The notes below the pieces were generated by a model. That model was not told the origin of the DNA. It did no database searches and saw only the letters and a list, made by a program, of their open reading frames with translations. 64,000 nucleotides of DNA. It comes from a virus. Both the position numbers and the translations under genes were made by a program. This document shows positions 30,432 to 40,635 of the stretch, in pieces. The DNA lies in IMG/VR virus record IMGVR_UViG_3300008267_000023, positions 19,218-83,217 of that record; one strand, 5' to 3'. How positions within the stretch are numbered: the first letter of the stretch is position 1; each line of letters begins with the position of its first letter.

Positions 30432-31028
30432 GTGCAAAAAATTATTGAGCATACAAAATTTATTCATGAATATCAAGATATCGCATCTGAGAAAGAATGC
30501 GATGAGATTAGGAATTTAATTTCATCTTCAAAGATTATTGATGAGTGTCTAAGTAATAGTACACCAAGGACAAAGGTGAGAAATAATTCGTGTGTGAGTG
30601 TAACTATGTTGGCACCACAAGATTCTGCCTTAAAAAAAGCAGATGACATGATTCATAGTATTTTTTCAAAGGCTCATCATCACTATGTAACTAATAATAA
30701 AAATTATTTTTCGATTGAAACTGCAGAGCATCTTCATCAATTATCGTGTTCTTATACATATAGAACATATGATGAGAGTGATTACTATGACTGGCACATT
30801 GACAGTTCTCATATGTGCCAATTTGTTTTTTCTTATATTCTTTATTTGAATGATGATTTTTGTGGGGGAGACACTTTGTTTCTTTTTCAGAAATTAAAAG
30901 TAAAACCAAAAACTGGTAGTATGCTTTGTTTTCCTTGTGATTTTCAAACAGTTCATAAGTCAACTCCAATCAAAAAAGGAAAAAAAGATATTATCTGGAC
31001 ATGCATGGAATTTTATCCTAGGAATTGA
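30432..31028 (+). CDS. 2OG-Fe(II) prolyl-hydroxylase-like oxygenase
   Basis: WHID...ILYLND...GGDT...FP...H motif set. Confidence 0.85.
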   Translation: MQKIIEHTKFIHEYQDIASEKECDEIRNLISSSKIIDECLSNSTPRTKVRNNSCVSVTMLAPQDSALKKADDMIHSIFSKAHHHYVTNNKNYFSIETAEHLHQLSCSYTYRTYDESDYYDWHIDSSHMCQFVFSYILYLNDDFCGGDTLFLFQKLKVKPKTGSMLCFPCDFQTVHKSTPIKKGKKDIIWTCMEFYPRN

Positions 31029-31034
31029 TACATT

Positions 31035-31199
31035 ATGGAAGAGCAGATGGATGGTTACATTAGTTCGAATGGTCTTTGGGCTGCTGTACCTTGGGGGAAA
31101 AAATATATCTCCATTTATAACGGAGAACAAATTTGTGTTCATCATACACTAGAAACTGCCAAAAAATTTATCCAAAAACAAAACAGAAACAAAAAATGA
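31035..31199 (+). CDS. hypothetical protein
   Basis: 54 aa MEEQMDGYISSNGLWAAVPWG...; ATGA-coupled to the next ORF. Confidence 0.5.
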   Translation: MEEQMDGYISSNGLWAAVPWGKKYISIYNGEQICVHHTLETAKKFIQKQNRNKK

Positions 31200-31441
31200 T
31201 TACCTTACTTTACAATATACATCAAGAAGATGATAGAGTAACTGTAACCGCAATTGTTGAAGATGCTAGAGTGATTTTTCCTGCAACTAGGTTTGAACCA
31301 GAAGAATATGGCCCTGCATTATGTGAAGCATCTTTTTACCTAGATGAAGAAGAAGTTCTACCAACAGAGGATGAAGAATTGATTAATTATTTGGAAAATT
31401 TGAACTTGGATTGGGAAGTAATTTCTATGGATGATTATTAA
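31196..31441 (+). CDS. hypothetical protein
   Basis: PEEYGPALCEASF motif; acidic. Confidence 0.55.
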   Translation: MITLLYNIHQEDDRVTVTAIVEDARVIFPATRFEPEEYGPALCEASFYLDEEEVLPTEDEELINYLENLNLDWEVISMDDY

Positions 31442-31482
31442 CAAATATTAAGTTTAAATATTATTAGAGCTGAGGTAAAGAA

Positions 31483-31653
31483 ATGGTTGTATTACTTTCC
31501 ACAACCATCATAAGTTGTACACAGGCACTTAATTTAATTAATCGAGTTTCTTCTGTTGTAGGATTGACAGATTTACAAAGAAAGGAAATAGTGTTAGAGT
31601 TGAAAAAGGTAATTCCGTCTTGCCCAGTAAAAATAAACAATAAGGAGAAATAG
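31483..31653 (+). CDS. hypothetical protein
   Basis: 56 aa with GAGGT RBS. Confidence 0.5.
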   Translation: MVVLLSTTIISCTQALNLINRVSSVVGLTDLQRKEIVLELKKVIPSCPVKINNKEK

Positions 31654-31654
31654 T

Positions 31655-31852
31655 ATGGAAAAACCATATTTTATATACGATGCCGAGTCAAAAAAAGATA
31701 AATGGAATCGTGGTTTAGATTTGTTTATTGAGAGTGTTCATAAACCAGATAATGAACTGAGGCAAGCAGCACATGATCAAAAATGTTTTCATGAATTGAT
31801 GGATGTGAGAGAAAACGTTTTAGAGTATCTTAAAACTATTAGATGGGACTGA
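31655..31852 (+). CDS. hypothetical protein
   Basis: AGGAG RBS; tight packing. Confidence 0.6.
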   Translation: MEKPYFIYDAESKKDKWNRGLDLFIESVHKPDNELRQAAHDQKCFHELMDVRENVLEYLKTIRWD

Positions 31853-32424
31853 TGGAAGATTATAACCCTTCATTTGAGATTCTTCATTTTTCTTATCGTC
31901 ATTGGAAATCGTATCACGAAGAGGGATGCTATAATGTAAACCTTGTCTTTCGTGCATCTGATACTGATGACGAGTATTATAGTTCAAAGCAAAGGTTTAT
32001 GCATGAGACTGAAGAATGGCATAAATCTGAAATTGTTCAAGACCTTGAACTGGAACAAAAATATATACACGGTCTTGCGGCAAAGATTAAAAAAACAGGT
32101 AAAGATTTATTTGATGGTTGGAGAGAAGAAAAGGAAAGTGAAGACTTTGATCCAAATGAGTTAGTTGAAATTGATATTGTAAATGAAGAAGGAATAGATA
32201 GGGAAGATGTTTATATTAAAGGATATCAAAGAAACGAATCAATGATGCTTCAATACATTGAAAAATTCAATGTATTTCGTTTTTATGAATTTTTTGAAAT
32301 CAATCCAGCAACAAAAGGAATTATTGGGTATATTGAAGAATTGAGAAAACTAAACAATCCCGATCAGTATCATTCTGGTCAATTCCTAAGAGCAATTAAA
32401 TCTTTAGAAAATTGGTGGGACTAA
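31852..32424 (+). CDS. hypothetical protein
   Basis: TGATG coupling. Confidence 0.55.
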   Translation: MEDYNPSFEILHFSYRHWKSYHEEGCYNVNLVFRASDTDDEYYSSKQRFMHETEEWHKSEIVQDLELEQKYIHGLAAKIKKTGKDLFDGWREEKESEDFDPNELVEIDIVNEEGIDREDVYIKGYQRNESMMLQYIEKFNVFRFYEFFEINPATKGIIGYIEELRKLNNPDQYHSGQFLRAIKSLENWWD

Positions 32425-32664
32425 ATGGAAATCTACTACTTTTGGTTTTTTCTTTTTGCTATAACGGCATATTTTGTTGTAACTGATGAAAGTGTTGCTA
32501 AACTTGTAGATTATGCAACTAAGTTGTTACGATTTCAATATGAAAAAACTAAATGGTGGATACTTCATAATCCAAAAACTCCCTGGGCAAAATATTCAAT
32601 ACATCGTCGTTCGATGAGACTTGCAGAAGAATTACTAAAAGACTTAGAATCAAAATCTAAATAA
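32425..32664 (+). CDS. hypothetical membrane protein
   Basis: N-terminal hydrophobic segment. Confidence 0.55.
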   Translation: MEIYYFWFFLFAITAYFVVTDESVAKLVDYATKLLRFQYEKTKWWILHNPKTPWAKYSIHRRSMRLAEELLKDLESKSK

Positions 32665-32689
32665 AAAAAATATAACAATTTGATTAATT

Positions 32690-33373
32690 ATGGAAATTAC
32701 TAGACAATTTCAATACGATCTTCCCGACGATTATCTATCATATGAAACTACTTTGGGATTAAAAGCTGATTGGACTTATACTGGACCAGATAAAGTTTGG
32801 GTTTTTATAGACAAAAAAACAAATAAATTAATAAGACAGGAGGGTTTTATAGAATACTGTGATGATTTGGACTATGAATTCCAAAAGGTTGCAATGGATA
32901 GACGTGCTGGAATAAGTTCTTATGCAGTATTACTTGAATTTGAAAATGATCCATTACTCACTTCTGCAGTTGTAGTTCCTCCACCAGAAATGAAGGATAT
33001 GGACGTAAAAAATTATTATCATCATGAAACTGGTGAATGGATTTATGCGAGACCAAATCCAACTACACCTTGCCATACGATTGAAATTGGGGATTGTGAA
33101 TATGATTTAGAAAAAAATCAATTCAAAAAACCATATCCTTGGAAGAAACCACATCTGAATAGAGAAGACTATATAATTGGTTATAAAAATCAATTAGAGT
33201 TTCTACAAAAATTAGATACATCAAATTTTACTGAAAAGCAAAAAGAATTATGGGAAAAATTCATGCCAGAGTATGAAAATCTTTTAGTGAAATATGAAAG
33301 ATATTTGGATACTCCTTGGATGATTAGAGGACCAGAGATTCCCATTTACAGTAAAGATTGGGATACTTTGTAA
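32690..33373 (+). CDS. hypothetical protein, possibly fibre-assembly related
   Basis: 227 aa; TAAATA upstream. Confidence 0.5.
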   Translation: MEITRQFQYDLPDDYLSYETTLGLKADWTYTGPDKVWVFIDKKTNKLIRQEGFIEYCDDLDYEFQKVAMDRRAGISSYAVLLEFENDPLLTSAVVVPPPEMKDMDVKNYYHHETGEWIYARPNPTTPCHTIEIGDCEYDLEKNQFKKPYPWKKPHLNREDYIIGYKNQLEFLQKLDTSNFTEKQKELWEKFMPEYENLLVKYERYLDTPWMIRGPEIPIYSKDWDTL

Positions 33374-33403
33374 AAAATAAATAACCATGTTAGAGGATAA
33401 AAC

Positions 33404-33718
33404 ATGCTTTCTACACAATACCGTCTTCGTCTTGAATCAATCTGTGAGAAAATTGCTCTACATGAGGAAGTAAGTCTTGATGATATGATTTGGGCAGAAA
33501 AACTTGCTAAAGCAAATAGAACTGCTGGAACTATTCTACGTCAAGCAAGACGTAAGGCAGAAAATCCAGAGATGAATGAAATGGATGATTTTTTAAATCA
33601 ACTTGATATTGGTGGATTTGGAAATGAAAGACACGGAAAAAGGGGATTTGATAGTATAGATGATATGATAGATTGGTGGACAGAGGATAAACCAGATGAT
33701 TGGAGGCAGAGAGATTAA
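33404..33718 (+). CDS. conserved cyanophage hypothetical protein
   Basis: MLSTQYRLRLE...DDWRQRD; AGGA RBS. Confidence 0.6.
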   Translation: MLSTQYRLRLESICEKIALHEEVSLDDMIWAEKLAKANRTAGTILRQARRKAENPEMNEMDDFLNQLDIGGFGNERHGKRGFDSIDDMIDWWTEDKPDDWRQRD

Positions 33719-33951
33719 TGCAAGCAGTTCTTTATACAGATGGAAGTCAAGAGTGCGAACGCATTCGTATGCTTCTTAAAAGTTTGGGTGGAGAATATTT
33801 AGAGTATCAACTTGGTGTTGATTTTAGTGATAGGCAATTTAGAGCAGAATTTGGAAAAGATGCTGTATATCCTCAGATCACGGTTAATCATGAACATATT
33901 GGTAGTCTAAAAGAAACATTGCAATATTTTAAGGAGAGAAACTTGATTTGA
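33718..33951 (+). CDS. glutaredoxin-like protein
   Basis: SQEC active-site variant; YPQI...HIG thioredoxin-fold motifs. Confidence 0.7.
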   Translation: MQAVLYTDGSQECERIRMLLKSLGGEYLEYQLGVDFSDRQFRAEFGKDAVYPQITVNHEHIGSLKETLQYFKERNLI

Positions 33952-34009
33952 AGTTTCTCTTGACAAATAAAAACCATAGATGTACAGTAAATGTATATAT
34001 TTTTTTATC

Positions 34010-34216
34010 ATGAACTATAAACCTTATACTTTAGAGTGGTCAAGAAAAAGATACTTAAATGAAGCAATTCAAAAGTATTTTGAATCTGGAGTTGATGCCG
34101 AAATTATTGTGGATGATATTATTGATTGTTTAAGTGAAACACTTGCACACCATAATACACAATCAGAAAAGATTCAAATTGTTATGGATTCAATTAATAA
34201 ATTTCGCAATGACTGA
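34010..34216 (+). CDS. hypothetical protein
   Basis: Behind TTGACA-17-TACAGT promoter (33960). Confidence 0.55.
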   Translation: MNYKPYTLEWSRKRYLNEAIQKYFESGVDAEIIVDDIIDCLSETLAHHNTQSEKIQIVMDSINKFRND

Positions 34217-34436
34217 AGATACTTTTGTGCCACCATTTGTTATTGGTGAAAACGTAAAATTTATTGGATGCTCAAAGGAGCAAATCCGTTGGGGAAATAA
34301 TGATGATCCTAATGGTGTTTTGATGGTCGAAAAAATTTATAAAGTGGTTGAAGTGGATATTCATTCTCAACACACAAAAATTTCAGTTCAGGGAGTAATT
34401 GGAAGATTCAATAGTGTATGCTTTGCCAGTGTTTGA
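34209..34436 (+). CDS. hypothetical protein
   Basis: QIRWGNNDDP...FNSVCF. Confidence 0.55.
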   Translation: MTEDTFVPPFVIGENVKFIGCSKEQIRWGNNDDPNGVLMVEKIYKVVEVDIHSQHTKISVQGVIGRFNSVCFASV

Positions 34437-34480
34437 ACTGGCACAGAACCTGTCCCATTGACCTTAACCCGTGCTATAAT
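34424..34480 (+). promoter_or_regulatory. early promoter with perfect dyad
   Basis: TGCCAGT-N6-ACTGGCA; TGCTATAAT at the 48-bp offset. Confidence 0.8.
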
Positions 34481-34510
34481 AAAGAGGAAGAAAAGCAACG
34501 TTCCTTCTTG

Positions 34511-34825
34511 ATGGTTGAGACTCTAATTGCTGGATTGACTTGTGGAATTGCAACTTTTTACGGACTAGGAGACGGATTTCATGGACAAACTACGGCAAAT
34601 GGTGAGCGGTTTGATGCTTATCGTTGGACTGCAGCTCATCCTTATCTACCTATGGGCACACGCATACGGGTGACCAATCAGGATAATCTAAAACAAGTAG
34701 TTGTTCGCATCAATGACCGTGGACCTTATTCACACGCAGACTTAGATTTGAGTTATGCTGCTTTTAGCCATATTGCTTCTCCTCGTAGGGGGAATGCTGT
34801 TGTATGTTTCCGTATTATTGGATAG
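34511..34825 (+). CDS. rlpA: RlpA-like double-psi beta-barrel (lytic transglycosylase-like) protein
   Basis: ATFYG..GFHGQTTANGERFD...TAAH..LPMGT...VRINDRGPY. Confidence 0.85.
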   Translation: MVETLIAGLTCGIATFYGLGDGFHGQTTANGERFDAYRWTAAHPYLPMGTRIRVTNQDNLKQVVVRINDRGPYSHADLDLSYAAFSHIASPRRGNAVVCFRIIG

Positions 34826-34830
34826 AAAAA

Positions 34831-35106
34831 ATGACTGAGAAAAAACCTACTTCTAAGAAAACTACTCCTAAAAAAGCAGCAACACCAAAGAAAAAGCAAA
34901 CACCACAATTAAAAATTACGGAGTCCGATAAGCAGTCATTTCCTTATAATCAGTTCCCTGTAAAGATTATACATAAAGATGGCAAGGATTTATGCGAAAC
35001 AAAAACTTGCTATTTTCAAAGTGAACATTACGCACAAAAGTATATCACTCGATGCAATTTCAAGAAAACAGATTATCAAATCTTCATGAAACCGAAAACC
35101 AAGTGA
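34831..35106 (+). CDS. hypothetical basic protein
   Basis: Lys-rich N-terminus; KTCYFQ motif. Confidence 0.5.
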   Translation: MTEKKPTSKKTTPKKAATPKKKQTPQLKITESDKQSFPYNQFPVKIIHKDGKDLCETKTCYFQSEHYAQKYITRCNFKKTDYQIFMKPKTK

Positions 35107-35333
35107 AAAAAGAAAAAACTCCTTGGAGGTGGTGGGCAAAGGCATTGGGTGAAAAAGCATCCAAATGCGATAAAGAATCTGATAAAATTGCAATGATTAG
35201 AACAATAATTTTTGCTACTTATCTAATTACTAACTGTTTTATTGTTGCTGGTGTAATTCGGCATTGGAATGATGAAACACAAATTATAATTCAAGTTGAA
35301 GGAGTTGACTATGGAACCCAAGTTGTACGATGA
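35103..35333 (+). CDS. hypothetical membrane protein
   Basis: WRWWAKALGEKA...FIVAGVIRHWN. Confidence 0.55.
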   Translation: MKKEKTPWRWWAKALGEKASKCDKESDKIAMIRTIIFATYLITNCFIVAGVIRHWNDETQIIIQVEGVDYGTQVVR

Positions 35334-35517
35334 TTGCTTTTATGTCCAACAAAAAAAGTATGGTCTTTGGTATTCCACTGACAAAGATGGGAACGGACTT
35401 ATCACATCTCTCTCTGAAGAGCAATGTGTATCAGCAACCCGTTTTTACCTTAAAGGACGGCAGGAAGGTTTCATTGAATCCAAAGTTTATGAAGGTGAAG
35501 TAGGAGGAAAACTTTAA
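35311..35517 (+). CDS. hypothetical protein
   Basis: AAGGAG RBS; ends YEGEVGGKL. Confidence 0.55.
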   Translation: MEPKLYDDCFYVQQKKYGLWYSTDKDGNGLITSLSEEQCVSATRFYLKGRQEGFIESKVYEGEVGGKL

Positions 35518-35523
35518 ATTAAA

Positions 35524-36627
35524 ATGAATCTAGAATTAAAAGAAAAAAAGTATAAAATTATAAAAAATTTTATAGACAAACAACGTGCTATTGATTTAGC
35601 AGAGGAGTTCGAAACTTATTGTGAAAAAAATGATGTAGAAGTAGATACTCAAGTAAATAATGCATTATCACATTATAACTATCCGTCATTTTTAGAGTTA
35701 TTGGTGGAAAAAGTAAGTGATGTTTCTTCGTTAGTTGATGAAAATGTTCTTCCGACATATTCTTATTCTAGATTTTATAAAAATAAAAGTGTTTTAGAAC
35801 CACATGTAGATAGAGGTTCTTGTGAAATATCATTGACCGTGCATCTTCATGGTGACAAACCTTGGGAATTTTATATTGTAGACGGTGATAAAAAAGAGTA
35901 TATTTTGCTTGAACCAGGTGACGCAATCTTATACTTGGGAATGGAGATTGTTCATGGTAGAGAACAATATGAAGGAGAAAAATATTTTCAAGTTTTCTTG
36001 CATTATGTAAAATCTAAAGGTCAATATTCAAATCTATACTTTGATAATAAAAAATTTCAAAAATCAAAATTGAGTGAAAGTGATTATATTAAAGTTTACG
36101 ATAATATGATTGATAGTGACTTATGCGATAAATTAATTGAAGAGTTTTCTGATGATGAGTGGGTTCATTCTGGTCTAGGACATGAAGATAATATTGATTT
36201 AAGTATAAGAAATTGCAAATCTGTGCAATTATCATTAAATGAATTTATAGATAGAAATAAAAAAACAAGAAAACTCTTAGATGAAATGATGTTTGAATGT
36301 GCATCTAATGCCATCAAAAAGTACATGGAAGAATTTTCAGATTTAGAAATCAAATCTGATACTGGATACACCATGTTAAAATATGAAGAAGGTGGATTTT
36401 ATATTCAACATACCGATTCATTTAAAGAACAACCAAGAACAATATCTTGTTCATTTATAATAAATGATGATTATGATGGAGGAGAATTTGCATTCTTTGA
36501 TAGGAAATTAAAGTACAAATTAAAAAAGGGTTCTGTTTTGATGTTCCCTTCTAATTTTATGTTTCCTCATGAAATTATGCCAGTAAAAAGTGGCACAAGG
36601 TATTCCGTTATTACTTGGTTTATATAA
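35524..36627 (+). CDS. tandem double-domain 2OG-Fe(II) oxygenase
   Basis: HVDRGSCEIS...HGR and HTD...GGEF...FPHEI..V.SGTRYSVITW. Confidence 0.85.
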   Translation: MNLELKEKKYKIIKNFIDKQRAIDLAEEFETYCEKNDVEVDTQVNNALSHYNYPSFLELLVEKVSDVSSLVDENVLPTYSYSRFYKNKSVLEPHVDRGSCEISLTVHLHGDKPWEFYIVDGDKKEYILLEPGDAILYLGMEIVHGREQYEGEKYFQVFLHYVKSKGQYSNLYFDNKKFQKSKLSESDYIKVYDNMIDSDLCDKLIEEFSDDEWVHSGLGHEDNIDLSIRNCKSVQLSLNEFIDRNKKTRKLLDEMMFECASNAIKKYMEEFSDLEIKSDTGYTMLKYEEGGFYIQHTDSFKEQPRTISCSFIINDDYDGGEFAFFDRKLKYKLKKGSVLMFPSNFMFPHEIMPVKSGTRYSVITWFI

Positions 36628-36864
36628 ATGCAAAAAGAATATCATACTCAAATTGTTATTCTTCTTACAATTTTAATTTTGATTGACATCTCAATCATAG
36701 GTGGTATACTTTGGAAGGGACACGCAAATTTTATTGAAGTTTACAAGCATTTAAAAACATGACACAACGTACTTACACTCAAAAAGATGGAACTATCTGG
36801 GAATGGACTGAAACTCCAGAAGTCGCAAAAGAAATTCAAAATTATTGGAAAGTAGTAAAGCAAA

Positions 36865-37086
36865 ATGAATCCCAAACCCCTAACACCTGAAGAAGTTCAA
36901 AAGGCAGCAGAACAATTCTTTCCATTGTTTGATATTGTTAATCAACGTATGCCATCAGGTTCTAAAACAGAAGACACTCTTAAAGTAATGGAAACAGTTT
37001 GTACGTTAGCACAAAAACTCCGATTAGAAGAAGAGAAAACACAATTTGGTTTTAATAAAAAAACACAAGATTCTGATTCTGAATAA
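36865..37086 (+). CDS. hypothetical protein
   Basis: 73 aa ORF in operon. Confidence 0.55.
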   Translation: MNPKPLTPEEVQKAAEQFFPLFDIVNQRMPSGSKTEDTLKVMETVCTLAQKLRLEEEKTQFGFNKKTQDSDSE

Positions 37087-37100
37087 CCAAAATTTTTATT

Positions 37101-37613
37101 ATGAATATCTTTGCAACTTCTCCTTTTCCTGCTGAGAGTGCCATCTGCCTACCAGATAAACACGTTGTTAAGATGCCCCTTGAGTGCTGTCAAATGCTCT
37201 CCATCGTAGCATCAGATAAATGGGGTCATGGATATGGTCCTCTGTATAAGACTGATAATACTCCATACAAGACGGAAAAAGGTGCATTCCGAAATCATCC
37301 CTGCACTAAATGGGCAACGGAAAATATTCATAATGCATATTGGTTGATTAAGCATGGACTGAACTTGTGCGATGAGTACTGTCTTCGTTATGATAAGACC
37401 CATGCTTGTTACAAAACTTTAGTTGATGCCTATTATTTGTTCCCAAAAGGTAAAATAACTAGTATAACTCCATTTGCGAGGGCAATGCCTGATGAGTATA
37501 AACTTGACACAAGCATTGATACTTTTACTGCTTACAAGATGTATATCGCATCCAAACCTTGGGTTGCATCTAATTATCTTCGTATGCCAGAACGAAAACC
37601 TGATTGGGTATAA
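37101..37613 (+). CDS. pyrimidine-dimer DNA glycosylase (DenV-like) family protein
   Basis: MNIF...DKHVVKMPLE..QMLS...NHPCTKW...MPDEYK...KPDW. Confidence 0.65.
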   Translation: MNIFATSPFPAESAICLPDKHVVKMPLECCQMLSIVASDKWGHGYGPLYKTDNTPYKTEKGAFRNHPCTKWATENIHNAYWLIKHGLNLCDEYCLRYDKTHACYKTLVDAYYLFPKGKITSITPFARAMPDEYKLDTSIDTFTAYKMYIASKPWVASNYLRMPERKPDWV

Positions 37614-37616
37614 AAA

Positions 37617-37946
37617 ATGAAAGAATGGATTAAAAGTCTTTTCGACTATAAATTTACAAATCACGATGAAGAGTCAACAAAGTATTTCATCGATAAGGTT
37701 ACAGGAAGTGAATATAACATTGCTGATTTGATAATTTTACTATCAAATCAGTTGGACGAACTTCAAGAAAAATATAAAGGTCTTCTCAATGATGTCAAGA
37801 GACTAGAAGAAGAGAATGTTGAATTAACAAATTCTTTGTATGAGATTGAAAACAAATTAGAATCTAGGATTGACAAGATTCATCCTGTTGTTTACAATTT
37901 TAATGAAAATAAAAGTCTAGATAAATTTACCCTTGGAGATGCATGA
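37617..37946 (+). CDS. hypothetical coiled-coil protein
   Basis: LEEENVELTNSLYE heptads. Confidence 0.55.
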   Translation: MKEWIKSLFDYKFTNHDEESTKYFIDKVTGSEYNIADLIILLSNQLDELQEKYKGLLNDVKRLEEENVELTNSLYEIENKLESRIDKIHPVVYNFNENKSLDKFTLGDA

Positions 37947-38599
37947 AAATCTTTTTAGATACTGCTGAAGTTGATATGATTCGTCCAGCATACGAAACTG
38001 GACTGATTGATGGTGTAACTACAAATCCTACTTTGATTATGCGAAGTGGAAGAGACCCAGTGGAAGTAATTAAAGAAATTTCTACTACTTTTACTTCTCT
38101 TCAATCTATTTCTGCTGAAGTAGTTGCTGATACTGCTGAAGAGATGTTGGAGCAAGCACAAGCATTTAATGGACTGTGGAACGTTACAATTAAAGTTCCT
38201 TGTACTGTAGAGGGTCTCAAAGCATGTAGACAACTTGCAAGTCAAGGGACACACGTTAATGTCACTTTGATTTTCTCAGTTGCACAAGCAATTCTTGCAG
38301 AAAAAGCAGGTGCAAAATATGTTTCCCCATTTGTGGGAAGGTGGTTGGATAATTCTGTTGATGGTATTGAATTAATTAAGAATATTAGGCAAGCATATAG
38401 TGGTCAAGGTCAACTTTGTCTTACAAATATTCTAGCTGCTTCTCTACGTGATGTGAGGCAGGTCGAAAAATGTGCTATGATGGGAGCAGATGTTGTAACT
38501 ATTCCTCCAACTGTATTCTGGGGAATGTATAAAAATATCATGACTGATAAAGGATTAGAATTATTTCAAAAAGATTGGGAGAAAGTAAATGGTCTATGA
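37943..38599 (+). CDS. talC: transaldolase TalC
   Basis: MKIFLDTA...GVTTNPTL...IKVP (Schiff-base Lys)...YVSPFVGR. Confidence 0.95.
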   Translation: MKIFLDTAEVDMIRPAYETGLIDGVTTNPTLIMRSGRDPVEVIKEISTTFTSLQSISAEVVADTAEEMLEQAQAFNGLWNVTIKVPCTVEGLKACRQLASQGTHVNVTLIFSVAQAILAEKAGAKYVSPFVGRWLDNSVDGIELIKNIRQAYSGQGQLCLTNILAASLRDVRQVEKCAMMGADVVTIPPTVFWGMYKNIMTDKGLELFQKDWEKVNGL

Positions 38600-38789
38600 A
38601 TCTTTGACAGAGTTTGAAAGGGCACTTGCTCGATTTGGAGACAAGGTTCAACTAATTGTTGGACTAGAAATCTCCGATAAAATGAGTCCAGAAACAGCAT
38701 ATCAAGAAATTAAAGATATGTTAAAAGAACTCAAAAAACTTCGAAAAAAAGAAAAAGAAACTTGGGAGAATGAAAATAGGGCAGAGTAA
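38589..38789 (+). CDS. hypothetical protein
   Basis: 66 aa helical ORF. Confidence 0.55.
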   Translation: MVYESLTEFERALARFGDKVQLIVGLEISDKMSPETAYQEIKDMLKELKKLRKKEKETWENENRAE

Positions 38790-38799
38790 TAATTTTACT

Positions 38800-39690
38800 A
38801 TGAATAATCTTAGAATCGCTGGGGCACAAATTCCAGTAAGCACTGATGTTCAATTCAATAAAAAAGAAATCTTAAAATCTATTGATTGGGCTAAAGAAAA
38901 TGAAGTTAATCATTTGCTGACACCCGAAGGTTCTTTATCTGGTTATACTCAAGATTGGATGGACAGATTTGATGAAATTGTGGATGCTGAAAATGAAATT
39001 CAGGTCCACTTATCTGAGTCGGGAGTGTTTTTACATTTGGGCACTTTCTTCAAGCAAGAAGAATTTCTTGGGAATATAAAAAGAAATCAAATTCGTCATT
39101 ATGCTCCTTGGGGTCAGTTTATGGGGGCAACAAATAAAACATATGCTGTTCCAGATATTGAAAGGGTTCTTCCAAGATCAAGACAAGATAATTTGCAATT
39201 TGTTCCTTTATCGGAAGAAAATTTAAATCTTCTTGCAGTTGGGTTAATTTGTAATGATATGTGGGGTGCTTCAGAAGCAGGTGGAGAACCACTAACAACA
39301 CAGATAAAAAAAACAGGACAAGTTAGTTTAATACTACATGCGACTAACGGTAAAAAGTATAGAGATGATGATTATCATTACGATGCTTACAATGCATGGC
39401 ATGATGGTCATTTAAGAATGGCAGCATTTAATACAGTCATTCCTATTTTGACTGTAGATTCTTGTGTTCCTTGGGACTGGAACCCAGAAAGTGATATTCC
39501 TATTGATTTTTATCCAACATCAAGTGAAAGTGGAGTCGTTGATTTTCTTGGATGGAAAACTGATGTGCCAAGAAAAGGTCGTCAATATTTTTATTATGAT
39601 TTAGATGTTTCTTTACCACCATTTGCAAGAATTTACAAACACTTAGATGAGTGTAAAATGAAAGGTAAATATGTGCCAACTTTAGAATAA
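38800..39690 (+). CDS. carbon-nitrogen hydrolase (nitrilase superfamily)
   Basis: TPEGSLSGY, TNK and GLICNDMW give the Glu-Lys-Cys triad. Confidence 0.8.
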   Translation: MNNLRIAGAQIPVSTDVQFNKKEILKSIDWAKENEVNHLLTPEGSLSGYTQDWMDRFDEIVDAENEIQVHLSESGVFLHLGTFFKQEEFLGNIKRNQIRHYAPWGQFMGATNKTYAVPDIERVLPRSRQDNLQFVPLSEENLNLLAVGLICNDMWGASEAGGEPLTTQIKKTGQVSLILHATNGKKYRDDDYHYDAYNAWHDGHLRMAAFNTVIPILTVDSCVPWDWNPESDIPIDFYPTSSESGVVDFLGWKTDVPRKGRQYFYYDLDVSLPPFARIYKHLDECKMKGKYVPTLE

Positions 39691-39834
39691 TTATTATGGA
39701 TTCATTAAAAATAATTCAGAATGAAGATGGTTCATTTTCAATGGAGTGGAATAAAGAAGACCCAAATTGGAAGTGGTTGAATGGGTTGACTTCAAAGGAG
39801 ATTCAAGTTATCATGGAGCAAGCAATCAAAGATT

Positions 39835-40575
39835 ATGGACATGAGTGAATATAAAAAGTATTCTCTTGAGAATCTTGAGAACTGGATGCATGATGCAATG
39901 TCTTGTGCAGAGGCATCACCACAAGAAATCTATGATGTGATTAAAGGTGTTGTTGAGGAAAACTATTATGTCTACAAGAATCAAACATCTCAAGCATATG
40001 AACTTCTTGCTCTTCTGAATGGTAATGGTAAGGGTCATTTAACTTGTGATAAAGACGATTCATCTGAAGAATGTAAGAAATCTTGGACTTCTTTTTGGGA
40101 AGAGAACGATTGCCCAGAAGAATATAGGGAACCAAAGGTAGAGGATATTATGCCACCTTGGGGTCATAGTGATATGGAAGCACTTCGTTACACTGAAGAA
40201 GAACTGAATGGGATGTGCGATAAGGCAGCATCTGATGAAGAAAAATATAAGAGTAATCTAAAGGAAGAAATTTCTAGGAATGATCCAAATCGTATTGATT
40301 ATAAAGATGGACTGATTTATGAGTCACCAGATGATGGAAAAACTGTCTATGCAAGGAAACCTGGAGAAACCGAAAGAACTTTAATTGAACAAGAAAAATC
40401 AAAAAAGTGGATTTTACCAATTGAAAAATATGATGATGATAATTATTATGTTTCTTTTCCTGACGAACTGCTGAAAGCAGCAAATATTAAAGAGGGTGAC
40501 ATCGTAGAATGGGTTGATAATGGAAATAGTACATTTTCATTGAAGAAGGCATCTATAATGCACCATTCTGTATAG
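39835..40575 (+). CDS. hypothetical protein with C-terminal AbrB/MazE-like domain
   Basis: YVSFPDELLKAANIKEGDIVEW; IYESPDDGKTVYAR motif. Confidence 0.55.
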   Translation: MDMSEYKKYSLENLENWMHDAMSCAEASPQEIYDVIKGVVEENYYVYKNQTSQAYELLALLNGNGKGHLTCDKDDSSEECKKSWTSFWEENDCPEEYREPKVEDIMPPWGHSDMEALRYTEEELNGMCDKAASDEEKYKSNLKEEISRNDPNRIDYKDGLIYESPDDGKTVYARKPGETERTLIEQEKSKKWILPIEKYDDDNYYVSFPDELLKAANIKEGDIVEWVDNGNSTFSLKKASIMHHSV

Positions 40576-40635
40576 TTAGTTGACTTTTGACAACTAAATT
40601 TGTTAAAATATTTAAATTTAAAGGAGAATATTAAA

